Made by a program: the position numbers and the translations under genes
Shown: in pieces, positions 20,686 through 30,901 of the stretch
Layout: each line of letters opens with the position of its first letter
Position numbering within the stretch: the stretch's first letter is position 1
The notes under the pieces: model-generated
What the model saw: only the letters and a program-made list of their open reading frames with translations
Database searches by the model: none
What the model was told of the DNA's origin: nothing
IMG/VR virus record: IMGVR_UViG_3300032236_001180
Span: 60,556-124,555 of that record
Length of the DNA stretch: 64,000 bases
Reading direction: 5' to 3' (one strand)
Source of the DNA: a virus

Positions 20686-22542
20686 ATGAGCACACCGATT
20701 AGGATAAAAAGATCTTCTGTGCCCGGAAAACCTCCGGGTCTTACGGATATACAACTAGGAGAATTAGGTCTTAATACATATGATGCTGAACTTTATACCA
20801 GACGAGAAAGAGCTGGTATAGGAACAGATATCGTAAGATTGGGTGCTGGGGCCACTGTTACTAATATTTTATATGTCACAAGAGACGGAAACGACGCAAA
20901 CACAGGAAGAAAACTTGGAGATGCAAAAGCAACAATTGCAGGAGCAGTTGCAGTTGCAACAACAAGCACAATTATTAGGGTTGCTCCTGGATCTTATGTA
21001 GAAAATAATCCAATTATTTTACCAGATCAGGTAAGTATTGTAGGAGATAGTTTAAGAGAAGTCTCCATTACTCCACAAAATCAAGGGGACTTATTTTATG
21101 TTGGAAATGGAAATTATGTTTCCAATATGTCTTTCGTGGGTGCAGCAAATACTGGTGCTATTTTTTCTTTTAGTCCAACTGCGTCAAGATATATTAATCA
21201 ATCTCCATATGTTCAGAACTGCACTAACTTCATTCCAAATAGTATTGGTCTGAAAATTGACGGAAAAAATGCAATAGGACCATTAAAATCAATGGTCCTT
21301 GATAGTTACACTCAATACAATCAAGGAGGTATTGGTGTTTCAATTACCAATGAAGGGTATGCACAGTTAGTATCACTTTTTACAATTTGTAATGATGTCG
21401 CTGTATATTGCGGAAGCGGTGGTGCTTGCGATTTAACAAACTCAAACTCTTCATTTGGAAATTATGGATTAGTTGGTGATGGTGTGGGTCCCAAAAAATA
21501 TACTGGTATCATAACTTCTTATGCAAGTGCGAATAGCGATACATTTGTATTAAATGTATCGACACCTACACTTAATGTATCAAATGCGGTTTATACGAAT
21601 ACAACTGGCGTAACAACAATTACAACATCATCTTCCCATAATTTGAATGTTGGAATGAGTGTTTTGGTTTCTGGACTTCAATTTACTTGCACTGGTCCTG
21701 GTGGATCTGCAACATATCCAAGTGGAAATAAGGGATACGTTTTTGAAGTTACTAGCACTCCAACTTCCAATTCTTTTTCAATTAATGTTGGAGTTTCTAC
21801 TACACCAAATCAAGTTTATGTTTCGGGTGGAACAGTTACTAATAATATAGTTCGTCCTTATGATGGGCAAGCCGTTTATTTGGATAGTCTTTATTATACC
21901 GTAAATAAGGTTATAGTTGGTTCTGGGGGAACTGGTTATACTTCAACACCAACAGTGACTATTAGTCCTCCAAGTACATCCTGGGGTGTTCAGGCGCAGG
22001 CAGTTGCCGTAGTTTCCAATGGAAGTGTGACTGGGTTTGAAATTGTATCCAATGGTCGTGGTTATACTTCAACACCAACAGTTACAATTGGTTCTCCAAA
22101 TAGTGGAATAAATACTGCTATAGCATCCATTCAATTATTACCGACTTATTATACAATTAAGAATTCTACTCCGATTTCTTCTGGAATTTGTACAATTACC
22201 TTGAATGATAATGTTCCTTATGCGGTTGGTGTTGGAACAACAGTTCCATTTTTCAAACAAAGTAGAGTATTAGCATCTGGTCATTCTTTTGAATACATTG
22301 GTTCTGGGGTTACAATTTCATCTGCTCTTCCTTCTACTGGTGGTGTCCCAATACAAGACAATGAAACTGATGCCCGCAATGGCGGAATTGTAATTTATAC
22401 CAGCACTGATCAATCTGGAAATTTTAGAATTGGCGATGGTGTTGCAATTAATCAAAATACTGGAACTATATCTGGTATTTTCTATTCCAAGAGTTTATTT
22501 TCAACAATGACACCATTTATTTTAGCACTCGGAGGACCATAA
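20686..22542 (+). CDS. Virion structural protein, paralog of 3-3014
   Basis: IRIKRSSVPGKPP..GELGLNTYD N-terminus. SPYVQNCTNF, LTNSNSSFGNYGL and SGHSFEYIGSG shared with the first gene. Confidence 0.75.
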   Translation: MSTPIRIKRSSVPGKPPGLTDIQLGELGLNTYDAELYTRRERAGIGTDIVRLGAGATVTNILYVTRDGNDANTGRKLGDAKATIAGAVAVATTSTIIRVAPGSYVENNPIILPDQVSIVGDSLREVSITPQNQGDLFYVGNGNYVSNMSFVGAANTGAIFSFSPTASRYINQSPYVQNCTNFIPNSIGLKIDGKNAIGPLKSMVLDSYTQYNQGGIGVSITNEGYAQLVSLFTICNDVAVYCGSGGACDLTNSNSSFGNYGLVGDGVGPKKYTGIITSYASANSDTFVLNVSTPTLNVSNAVYTNTTGVTTITTSSSHNLNVGMSVLVSGLQFTCTGPGGSATYPSGNKGYVFEVTSTPTSNSFSINVGVSTTPNQVYVSGGTVTNNIVRPYDGQAVYLDSLYYTVNKVIVGSGGTGYTSTPTVTISPPSTSWGVQAQAVAVVSNGSVTGFEIVSNGRGYTSTPTVTIGSPNSGINTAIASIQLLPTYYTIKNSTPISSGICTITLNDNVPYAVGVGTTVPFFKQSRVLASGHSFEYIGSGVTISSALPSTGGVPIQDNETDARNGGIVIYTSTDQSGNFRIGDGVAINQNTGTISGIFYSKSLFSTMTPFILALGGP

Positions 22543-22545
22543 AAA

Positions 22546-22887
22546 ATGTCATTAGCACTTAATGTATTTAAAACGGTAACGCAAATTGCACCAACAAGTC
22601 CAGTTGGAATTTACACTGCCCCTGTTGGTTATACTGGAGTTGTTTTATTAGCACAAGCGGCAAATATTAGTTCATCTACTTATACGATTAACTTTTATCA
22701 CCAAAGAACGGTTAGTGGTATTGCGGTGACGACTGAAATTGTAAAAAGTTTTCCAATTTCTGGTAATGATACTACTTCACTTTTATCTGGTAAATTGATT
22801 TTACAATCTGGTGATTCTTTGATTTTATCGGCAAGTGATCCAAATAATATTAAGTTTATTGGTAGCATTTTAGAAACACTTAACTAG
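22546..22887 (+). CDS. Small virion structural protein, paralog of 3018-3680
   Basis: MSLALNVFK..YTAPVGYTGVVLLAQ..SILET. Confidence 0.7.
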   Translation: MSLALNVFKTVTQIAPTSPVGIYTAPVGYTGVVLLAQAANISSSTYTINFYHQRTVSGIAVTTEIVKSFPISGNDTTSLLSGKLILQSGDSLILSASDPNNIKFIGSILETLN

Positions 22888-22896
22888 TAAGAGAAA

Positions 22897-25800
22897 ATGG
22901 CACAGTTCCTTAGCGGCAGACAAAGAAATCTTAAAGTTGGTATTTCTTCTTTCAGTGAGAATACGACTTCATTACAGGTAACTGGAAATGTCGGTATTGG
23001 AACAACATTTGCTGGGTCATCTTTATATGTAATTGGAGATGGTGGATTTACTGGTGTTGTGACGGCGGTTACATTTAACGGACAGATTAATTCTGGCGTT
23101 GCAACAATTACTACAATTGCAGGTACAGCAGCGACTTATAGTATTGGAAATATCACCACACTTTCTGGTACTTATGAGTATTATAATGTAGGAGTTGTGA
23201 CTGCACTTGCTGGTACAGCAATCACTTATACTACTGGTAACATTACGACTTTAAGTGGAAGTAATGCTTATTATAATACGGGTATTGTAACAACTTTAAG
23301 TGGCACTTATGGTTATCATAATGTAGGTGTCGTAACTGCACTTGCTGGTACTGCTTTAACATATACTACTGGCAATATCACCACTTTAAGTGGTACTTAT
23401 GGGTATCACAATGTAGGTATTATAACTGCACTTGCTGGTACTGCTTTAACATATACTACTGGTAACATTGCTACTTTAAGCGGAAGTAATGCTTATTATA
23501 ATGCTGGTATTATTACGACTTTAAGTGGTACTAATTTAACTTATACGAATGGAACCGTAACTGCATTAACTGGAACAGCAGCTACCATCACTACGGGTAA
23601 TATTGCTACTTTAAGTGGTACTTATGGTTATCATAATGTAGGAATTATAACTGCACTAGCAGGTACTGCTGTTACATATACTACTGGAAATATCACCACA
23701 TTATCGGGAAGTAATGTTTATTATAATACTGGTATCGTAACAACTTTAAGTGGCACTTATGGTTATCAAAATGTAGGTATTATTACAGCACTAGCAGGTA
23801 CTGCTTTAACATTCACTACCGGTAATATTACGACTTTAAGCGGAAGTAATGCTTATTATAATACGGGTATTGTTACAACTTTAAGTGGTACTAATCTAAC
23901 TTATACCAACGGAACTATAAATGCCTTAACCGGAACAGCAGCAACAATAACGACTGGTAACATTACGACTTTAAGTGGATCTAATGCTTACTATAATACT
24001 GGTATTGTTACCACACTTTCTGGTACAAATCTAACTTATACGAATAGGACTATAAATGCCTTAACCGGAACAGCAGCCACAATCACCACAGGTAATATAA
24101 CAACATTATCTGGTTCCAATGCTTATTACAATGTAGGAATTATAACTGCCCTTACCGGTACTGCTGTCACATTTACTACTGGTAACATCACTACTTTAAG
24201 CGGAAGTAATGCTTATTATAATACTGGTATTGTTACCACACTTTCTGGTACAAACTTAACTTATACCAACGGCTCGTTAACTTCTCTTACCGGTACTGCT
24301 GCTACATTTACTACTGGTAATATCACTACTTTAAGTGGAAGCAATGCTTATTATAATGTGGGCGTTTTAACTGCACTATCAGGAACAGCAGTTACTTATA
24401 CTACCGGAAATATAACAACATTATCGGGTTCTAATGCTTATTATAATACTGGTATTGTCACTACACTTTCTGGCACTAATCTAACTTATGTTAATGGTTC
24501 TCTAACTTCTCTTACTGGTACTGCTGCTACATTTACTACTGGTAACATTACGACTTTAAGCGGAAGTAATGCTTATTATAATACAGGAATTATAACCACA
24601 CTTTCTGGCACTTATGGTTACCATAATGTAGGTATTATTACAGCACTTGCTGGTACTGCTTTAACATATACTACTGGAAATATTACTACGCTATCGGGAT
24701 CTAATGCTTATTACAATACAGGAATTGTAACAACTTTAAGTGGTACTAATCTAACTTATACCAATACGACATTAACTTCTCTTACCGGTACTGCTGCTAC
24801 ATTTACTACTGGTAATATTACGACTTTAAGTGGAAGTAATGCCTACTATAATACCGGAATTGTCACTACACTTTCTGGTACTAACTTAACTTATACAAAT
24901 GGTAACGTAAATTATTTTGTTGGTGCTGCTGCCACAATCACTACTGGAAATATTACTACATTATCAGGTTCTAATGCTTATTATAATACTGGAATTGTAA
25001 CAACTTTAAGTGGTACTAATTTAACTTATTCTAATGGTTCTCTAACCTCTCTTACTGGTACTGCTGCTACTATTACGTCTGCTAACATCAATACATTAAG
25101 TGGCACTTATGCTTATCAAAATGTAGGATTAATTACAGCACTAGCAGGTACAGCAGTTACTTATTCTAATGGTTCTCTAACCTCTCTTACTGGTACTGCC
25201 GCTACATTCACTGCCGGTAATATCAATACTTTAACTGGAACTTATGCTTATCAAAATGTAGGTATTATTACAGCACTTGCTGGTACTGCTTTAACATATA
25301 CTACTGGTAACATTGCCACTCTAAGTGGAAGTAATGCTTATTATAATGTTGGTATTATAACCGATATCAAAGGAACTAATCTAAACTATACTGGTGTTGG
25401 TACAATCAATACCCTGAATAGTTTTACTGGAAACATCACAAACCTCAATACAAATGCAGGTATTGTAACTGATATTAAAGGAACTAATCTAAACTATACT
25501 GGTGTTGGTACAATTAATACATTTTATAGTAATAGTGGTATTATTACAACTTTATCTGCTACTAATGCAACTATTGCAAATCTTAATATTACAAATAATA
25601 TTAATACTTCCGGCGTAGTCACTGCTTATAGATTTGTTTCTACTGCTGGAATTGGAACAGCTCCAATTTCTGTTGCTTCTTCTACATTAGTTACAAATCT
25701 AAATGTTCAGTACTTGAATAGCCAGCCAGGTTCTTTCTATCAAAATGCTGATAATTTAAATTCCGGTACTGTTGCTGCAAATAGACTAGCAACTTCAAAT

Positions 25801-28800
25801 AGTTTTAGTATTTTTGGTGACTTATCTGTTACTGGAAATTTAAGTATCGGTGGAACTAATGTTGTTATTAGTGCTAATACTTTATCAATTGGAGATAGAG
25901 ATATTGTTGTTGGTATTGTAACTACTAATTACGGAGGACCTGCTGACTTAGCAAATGACAATACCGCAAATCACGGTGGTATAGCAGTCGCAAGTACTGT
26001 TGGAAGTCCATTGATTTCTATGGCGGTTGTAGGAATTAACAGCCTTCCAGATACCTACAAGCAAATAATGTGGGTAAAATCTGGAACATTTAGTGGACTT
26101 AATACTGATGTCTTTATGTTTAATTATGGTGTAGGTATTGGTTCTACACAAGTTCCTAATGGTGTTCGTTTGGCAGTTGGCGGGGTACAGATTACTGATA
26201 GCACGGTTAATTCTCTTATTGGTAATATCAATTACCTTAATGGCACTACTGTAACTTATACTACTGGAAATATAAACACTTTAAGTGGCACTTATGGTTA
26301 TCAAAATATAGGACTAATCACAGCACTTTCTGGTACTGGAATTACATATACAAATGGTAATATCAATACTTTAACTGGTACTTATGCTTATCAAAATGTA
26401 GGTATCATTACTGCTCTTGCCGGTACTGCTGTTACTTATGCCTTTGGAAATGTAGGCACACTTTCCGGTCAAAGTGCTTATTATAATACTGGAATTGTTA
26501 CCACATTAACTGGTACTGCCGCTACATTCACTACCGGAAACATCACTACTTTAAGTGGAAGTAATGCTTATTATAATACTGGTATTGTTACCACACTTTC
26601 TGGTACTAATTTAACTTATACTAACGGTTCTCTAACTTCTCTTACTGGTACTGCCGCTACATTTACTACCGGTAACATCACTACTTTAAGCGGAAGTAAT
26701 GCTTATTATAATACTGGTATTGTTACTGCACTTTCTGGTACAAACCTAACTTATACTAACGGTTCTCTAACTTCTCTTACTGGTACTGCTGCCACAATCA
26801 CTACTGCAAATATAACAACTCTTGCTGGTAGCAATGCTTATTATAATACTGGTATCGTAACAACTTTAAGTGGTACAACAGTAACTTATAATACTGGTAT
26901 CGTTACCACACTTTCTGCTACTTATGGTTACCAAAATATAGGTATTGCAACGGCACTTGCTGGTACGGCACTTACTTACACTTCTGGTAATATTGCTACA
27001 TTATCAGGTTCTAATGCTTACTATAATACTGGTATTGTCACTACACTTTCTGGTACTAATTTAACTTATACTAACGGTTCTCTAACTTCTCTTACTGGAA
27101 CAGCAGCAACAATCACCACAGGTAATATTACAACTTTAAGTGGTTCCAATGCTTATTATAATACTGGTATCGTAACAACTTTAAGTGGTACTAATCTAAC
27201 TTATACAAATGGTAATGTAAATTATTTTGTTGGTGCTGCTGCTACTATCACTACCGGTAACATTACGACTTTAAGTGGAAGCAATGCTTATTATAATACT
27301 GGTATTGTAACATCTTTAAGTGGTACTAATTTAACTTATACCAACTCAACATTAACTTCTCTTACTGGTACTGCCGCTACTATTACATCTGCTAACATCA
27401 CTACATTAAGTGGTACTTATGCTTATCAAAATGTAGGTATTATAACTGCTCTTTCCGGTACTGCTGTTACATATACTACTGGAAATATCACTACTTTAAG
27501 TGGTAGTAATGTTTACTATAATACTGGTATTGTTACTACACTTTCTGGTACAAACCTAACTTATACTAACGGAACTATAAATGCCTTAACAGGAACAGCA
27601 GCCACAATAACAACTGGAAACATTACGACTTTAAATGGTTCCAATGCTTATTACAATGTAGGAATTATAACTTCACTTACTTCTAATACTCTCAATATAT
27701 TGGGTGTTTCTACACTTACTACTCTTTCTGTTGGTGGAACTACTGGAACTAGTGGTCAATATTTAAAATCAACTGGAACAGGACTTGTTTGGTCTAGTTT
27801 TACTTCATTAAGAAGTGTCTATAACTATACTGCGACAGAAGGTCAAAAACAATTTGTTGCTTCTGGAATTAATACTGGATATGTAGATGTATTCTTAAAT
27901 GGAATTCGTTTAGACGATACAAATTATTCTATTATTGGAACCGGTGTTAGTTTAGGTGTTGGTGCTTTTGGTAATGATGAAATTACAATTGTTGGATTCA
28001 ATACTGTAAATGCTGGAAGTGGTGGTAGTGGGTCAAGTTCTCAAACATTAGATCAAACATTAGCATTTGGAAATTCTTCTAGTCTTGGAATGTCGGTTGG
28101 TGTAATAACCGCAACTAACTTCTTTGGAAATGGATCTGGTCTTACTGGTATTATTGCGGCAGGAACTGGAATTGTCATCAAAGATGATGGCATTTTAGTT
28201 GGAACTGCATCTACCATAGATTTTGGTGCTAATCTATCAGTATCGCCAGTATCTGCTGGTGTTGTTACTATAACTGCATCTGGTGGCAATTCTGGTATTG
28301 CTACATATGCATCAATTGCTGGTATAGCAACTTATTCTACAACAGCAGGAATTGCTACTTACGCTACTTCTAGTGGTATAGCAACTTATGCTACTTCTAG
28401 TGGTATATCAACCTATGCTACAACCGCAGGAATTGCTACTTATTCTGGAACTTCTGGTATAGCAACTTATGCAGCATCGGCAGGAATTGCTACTTATTCT
28501 GGAACTTCTGGTATAGCAACAATTGCAGGGTATGCATCAACAGCAGGAATTTCAACAGTAGCACAAAATCTTACAGGTTCTCCAAATATTACAGTTTCTT
28601 CTGTAAATTCGTCTGGTGTTGTTACTGCAACATCATTCTCTGGTTCTAATACACTTAAATCCAGAACAACTGTAATTGGTGTTACTACATCTATTGTAAA
28701 TAATGGAATTGGCAATACTGATATTACCGGATTCAAATCTTATGCTTTGATGAAGATTGGATTATCTACATCAGGTTGGTTAAGACTATATACTGATAGC

Positions 28801-29037
28801 ACATCAAGAACAAATGATGTAAGTAGAAGTGTTGGAATTGACCCTACACCTGGAAGTGGAGTGATTGCAGAAATTGTAACTACTGGTATTTCAACTACTC
28901 AAATTATTTCTCCTTTTGTAATGGGTGGAAACTTAAACAATCCTGCTGATACTACAATATATGCAGCAATCACAAATCTATCTGGTATTACAACCAGTAT
29001 TTCAGCACAACTCACAATTCTTCAAATGGAGGTATAA
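22897..29037 (+). CDS. Repeat-rich long fibre-like protein
   Basis: N-terminus MAQFLSGR is paralogous to MAKYLSGR of the 3680 gene. Dozens of Thr/Gly-rich repeats. Confidence 0.8.
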   Translation: MAQFLSGRQRNLKVGISSFSENTTSLQVTGNVGIGTTFAGSSLYVIGDGGFTGVVTAVTFNGQINSGVATITTIAGTAATYSIGNITTLSGTYEYYNVGVVTALAGTAITYTTGNITTLSGSNAYYNTGIVTTLSGTYGYHNVGVVTALAGTALTYTTGNITTLSGTYGYHNVGIITALAGTALTYTTGNIATLSGSNAYYNAGIITTLSGTNLTYTNGTVTALTGTAATITTGNIATLSGTYGYHNVGIITALAGTAVTYTTGNITTLSGSNVYYNTGIVTTLSGTYGYQNVGIITALAGTALTFTTGNITTLSGSNAYYNTGIVTTLSGTNLTYTNGTINALTGTAATITTGNITTLSGSNAYYNTGIVTTLSGTNLTYTNRTINALTGTAATITTGNITTLSGSNAYYNVGIITALTGTAVTFTTGNITTLSGSNAYYNTGIVTTLSGTNLTYTNGSLTSLTGTAATFTTGNITTLSGSNAYYNVGVLTALSGTAVTYTTGNITTLSGSNAYYNTGIVTTLSGTNLTYVNGSLTSLTGTAATFTTGNITTLSGSNAYYNTGIITTLSGTYGYHNVGIITALAGTALTYTTGNITTLSGSNAYYNTGIVTTLSGTNLTYTNTTLTSLTGTAATFTTGNITTLSGSNAYYNTGIVTTLSGTNLTYTNGNVNYFVGAAATITTGNITTLSGSNAYYNTGIVTTLSGTNLTYSNGSLTSLTGTAATITSANINTLSGTYAYQNVGLITALAGTAVTYSNGSLTSLTGTAATFTAGNINTLTGTYAYQNVGIITALAGTALTYTTGNIATLSGSNAYYNVGIITDIKGTNLNYTGVGTINTLNSFTGNITNLNTNAGIVTDIKGTNLNYTGVGTINTFYSNSGIITTLSATNATIANLNITNNINTSGVVTAYRFVSTAGIGTAPISVASSTLVTNLNVQYLNSQPGSFYQNADNLNSGTVAANRLATSNSFSIFGDLSVTGNLSIGGTNVVISANTLSIGDRDIVVGIVTTNYGGPADLANDNTANHGGIAVASTVGSPLISMAVVGINSLPDTYKQIMWVKSGTFSGLNTDVFMFNYGVGIGSTQVPNGVRLAVGGVQITDSTVNSLIGNINYLNGTTVTYTTGNINTLSGTYGYQNIGLITALSGTGITYTNGNINTLTGTYAYQNVGIITALAGTAVTYAFGNVGTLSGQSAYYNTGIVTTLTGTAATFTTGNITTLSGSNAYYNTGIVTTLSGTNLTYTNGSLTSLTGTAATFTTGNITTLSGSNAYYNTGIVTALSGTNLTYTNGSLTSLTGTAATITTANITTLAGSNAYYNTGIVTTLSGTTVTYNTGIVTTLSATYGYQNIGIATALAGTALTYTSGNIATLSGSNAYYNTGIVTTLSGTNLTYTNGSLTSLTGTAATITTGNITTLSGSNAYYNTGIVTTLSGTNLTYTNGNVNYFVGAAATITTGNITTLSGSNAYYNTGIVTSLSGTNLTYTNSTLTSLTGTAATITSANITTLSGTYAYQNVGIITALSGTAVTYTTGNITTLSGSNVYYNTGIVTTLSGTNLTYTNGTINALTGTAATITTGNITTLNGSNAYYNVGIITSLTSNTLNILGVSTLTTLSVGGTTGTSGQYLKSTGTGLVWSSFTSLRSVYNYTATEGQKQFVASGINTGYVDVFLNGIRLDDTNYSIIGTGVSLGVGAFGNDEITIVGFNTVNAGSGGSGSSSQTLDQTLAFGNSSSLGMSVGVITATNFFGNGSGLTGIIAAGTGIVIKDDGILVGTASTIDFGANLSVSPVSAGVVTITASGGNSGIATYASIAGIATYSTTAGIATYATSSGIATYATSSGISTYATTAGIATYSGTSGIATYAASAGIATYSGTSGIATIAGYASTAGISTVAQNLTGSPNITVSSVNSSGVVTATSFSGSNTLKSRTTVIGVTTSIVNNGIGNTDITGFKSYALMKIGLSTSGWLRLYTDSTSRTNDVSRSVGIDPTPGSGVIAEIVTTGISTTQIISPFVMGGNLNNPADTTIYAAITNLSGITTSISAQLTILQMEV
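23110..27670 (+). repeat. Two arrays (about 23110-25520 and 26220-27670) of 15-aa/45-nt degenerate coding repeats
   Basis: Recurrent units TTGNITTLSGSNAYY, NTGIVTTLSGTNLTY and NVGIITALAGTALTY. Confidence 0.9.
28291..28560 (+). repeat. 27-nt (9-aa) coding repeat
   Basis: GIATYA/GIATYS..S/A units repeated about 10 times. Confidence 0.85.
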
Positions 29038-29043
29038 AGACTA

Positions 29044-30666
29044 ATGGCAATCACAACGACAACAATTCAGGTAGCAGCAGGAACAACTCAATGGTTGCCA
29101 AGTGATGTAATTGTGGGTATTGAAAGTGCCTTCACTTGGTTAGGATGGCACAATGGAACTTCAATAACTGGTATTGTTACTGGTATTAGTGCTGTTTCTG
29201 GTGGGGGAACTATTACTGGAAGTAATTATATCTATGAAAATAACGGGCAGGGGTCAACTTTTTATTATAATGATATTCCACAATCTTCTACTTCTGGTAT
29301 TGGAACTGGGGCAACTTTTGATATTCGTCGCGTTAATGGAATATTTTATGATATTCGTGTGAATCGTCCCGGTTATGGTTATACCACAGGGGAAGTAGTT
29401 CAAATTTCCTCAGAAACTATTGGAACCGCTGCAAAAGGCGCCGCAGGAATTGCAGTAACTGTTTATGCCTCTGCTGTTGGTTATGGAACTACAAATGCAT
29501 TCTTCGCCAAAGATTTAGGTGGTGGGATAAATGGAACTCCTTGGGGTGTTTTAAAACTTCAACAGCAGGCAGGCAAGAAATATGGAAATACTTATTATGG
29601 ATTTCAGGTAGTCAATTATAATAATAGTTATACCTCAAATGGACAACCAACACCATTTGCATTAAAATTTGCTTCTGGTTCAGATTTTCATCCTTATTCA
29701 GTAACTAATACTCAAAATTTAGGAATTGGATATTCAAGTCGTTTTTGTGGAAGTGGATTAGATGATGGTGTAGGGGGAATAACTTCACCTTTATCATATA
29801 CACAAAATGTTCAATTAAATTCAAATGATGGTGATTCTGCTAGTGGTAGGTCGTATAAATTCAAAAGCAAGTTTGCATCATCATTAAATTATCCATTAAA
29901 TATTAATGTCTATCGTTCTGCAATTGATACGAACTTTGCAGTTATTTCTTTTGCTCAACCAGGAATAACTGCCGCACAATTATCCAGTAATTCATTCTGC
30001 ACATTCTTTATTCACAAATATTCATCCACACTTTGGGATTTGGATAATGTATTTTTAGAAGGTATTACACAAATTGTAGGGGAAACTGGAAATTCATCTT
30101 ATCCAGCAATTCGCTTTACTTCTTGGATTGGTGGTAATTCAACTTATGGTGATTATAATGGCACCCAAAAAACTGCTTGGAGAGCAGCAGAAGCAGGATA
30201 TATGATTCCAGGTTCATATTCTACAAAAGAATATCAATTAACTTCCAGATATGCTTCTGCAACTTATAATATGCCATATACCAATGTTATAGAATCTTTT
30301 AATAATGCAACATCTTCCAATATAAGAATCTATAATCGCAATAGTTCTGATATTAATCAAACTGTAAAATTAGGAACTGCAATTAATTATAGTAGCGATC
30401 AAGGATATAATCAAAGTGTAACTTCTAGTGCAAATTATAATGCAGTTATCAAAGGTATTCCACTTTCTACTGTAATGGTTCCTTGTCCTTATTATCTACC
30501 TGACGATTTTGTTTTAATTGATTTTGATTCCGGAACAGATCAACAAATCATTCAACAAGGTGATACTGTTACAATCAGTGGTGGTGAAGTTTATACTGTT
30601 ATCACTGGTGCATATAATCAAACTGGAAGAACTCGTGGCATTCTATTCTGTGCGAGGAAGGTTTGA
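29044..30666 (+). CDS. Putative virion structural protein
   Basis: 540-aa ORF in the structural operon. C-terminal PCPYYLPDDFVLI..GDTVTISGGEVYTVI. Confidence 0.65.
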   Translation: MAITTTTIQVAAGTTQWLPSDVIVGIESAFTWLGWHNGTSITGIVTGISAVSGGGTITGSNYIYENNGQGSTFYYNDIPQSSTSGIGTGATFDIRRVNGIFYDIRVNRPGYGYTTGEVVQISSETIGTAAKGAAGIAVTVYASAVGYGTTNAFFAKDLGGGINGTPWGVLKLQQQAGKKYGNTYYGFQVVNYNNSYTSNGQPTPFALKFASGSDFHPYSVTNTQNLGIGYSSRFCGSGLDDGVGGITSPLSYTQNVQLNSNDGDSASGRSYKFKSKFASSLNYPLNINVYRSAIDTNFAVISFAQPGITAAQLSSNSFCTFFIHKYSSTLWDLDNVFLEGITQIVGETGNSSYPAIRFTSWIGGNSTYGDYNGTQKTAWRAAEAGYMIPGSYSTKEYQLTSRYASATYNMPYTNVIESFNNATSSNIRIYNRNSSDINQTVKLGTAINYSSDQGYNQSVTSSANYNAVIKGIPLSTVMVPCPYYLPDDFVLIDFDSGTDQQIIQQGDTVTISGGEVYTVITGAYNQTGRTRGILFCARKV

Positions 30667-30878
30667 TGGCAGACTTTAATTTCTCACTTAGCACGGCAGT
30701 TTCTGGTGTAACTACTTCTGTTGCTTATAAAGTCCAAGCAACAAATTTTACAATTAATTTTATCCAAAATCAAAATAGAAATTGGAATTTTAATTTAGGT
30801 GCTGCATCTCCTGGATGGTTGACAGGTAGAAGACCCCAATTAGGACAATTGTATCCTCGTGGTGTTTATAATAAATAA
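30666..30878 (+). CDS. Small structural-region protein
   Basis: TGATG stop/start overlap. C-terminal GWLTGRRPQLGQLYPRGVYNK. Confidence 0.6.
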   Translation: MADFNFSLSTAVSGVTTSVAYKVQATNFTINFIQNQNRNWNFNLGAASPGWLTGRRPQLGQLYPRGVYNK

Positions 30879-30901
30879 TACTATAAGAAAAAAAGTAAGA
30901 A

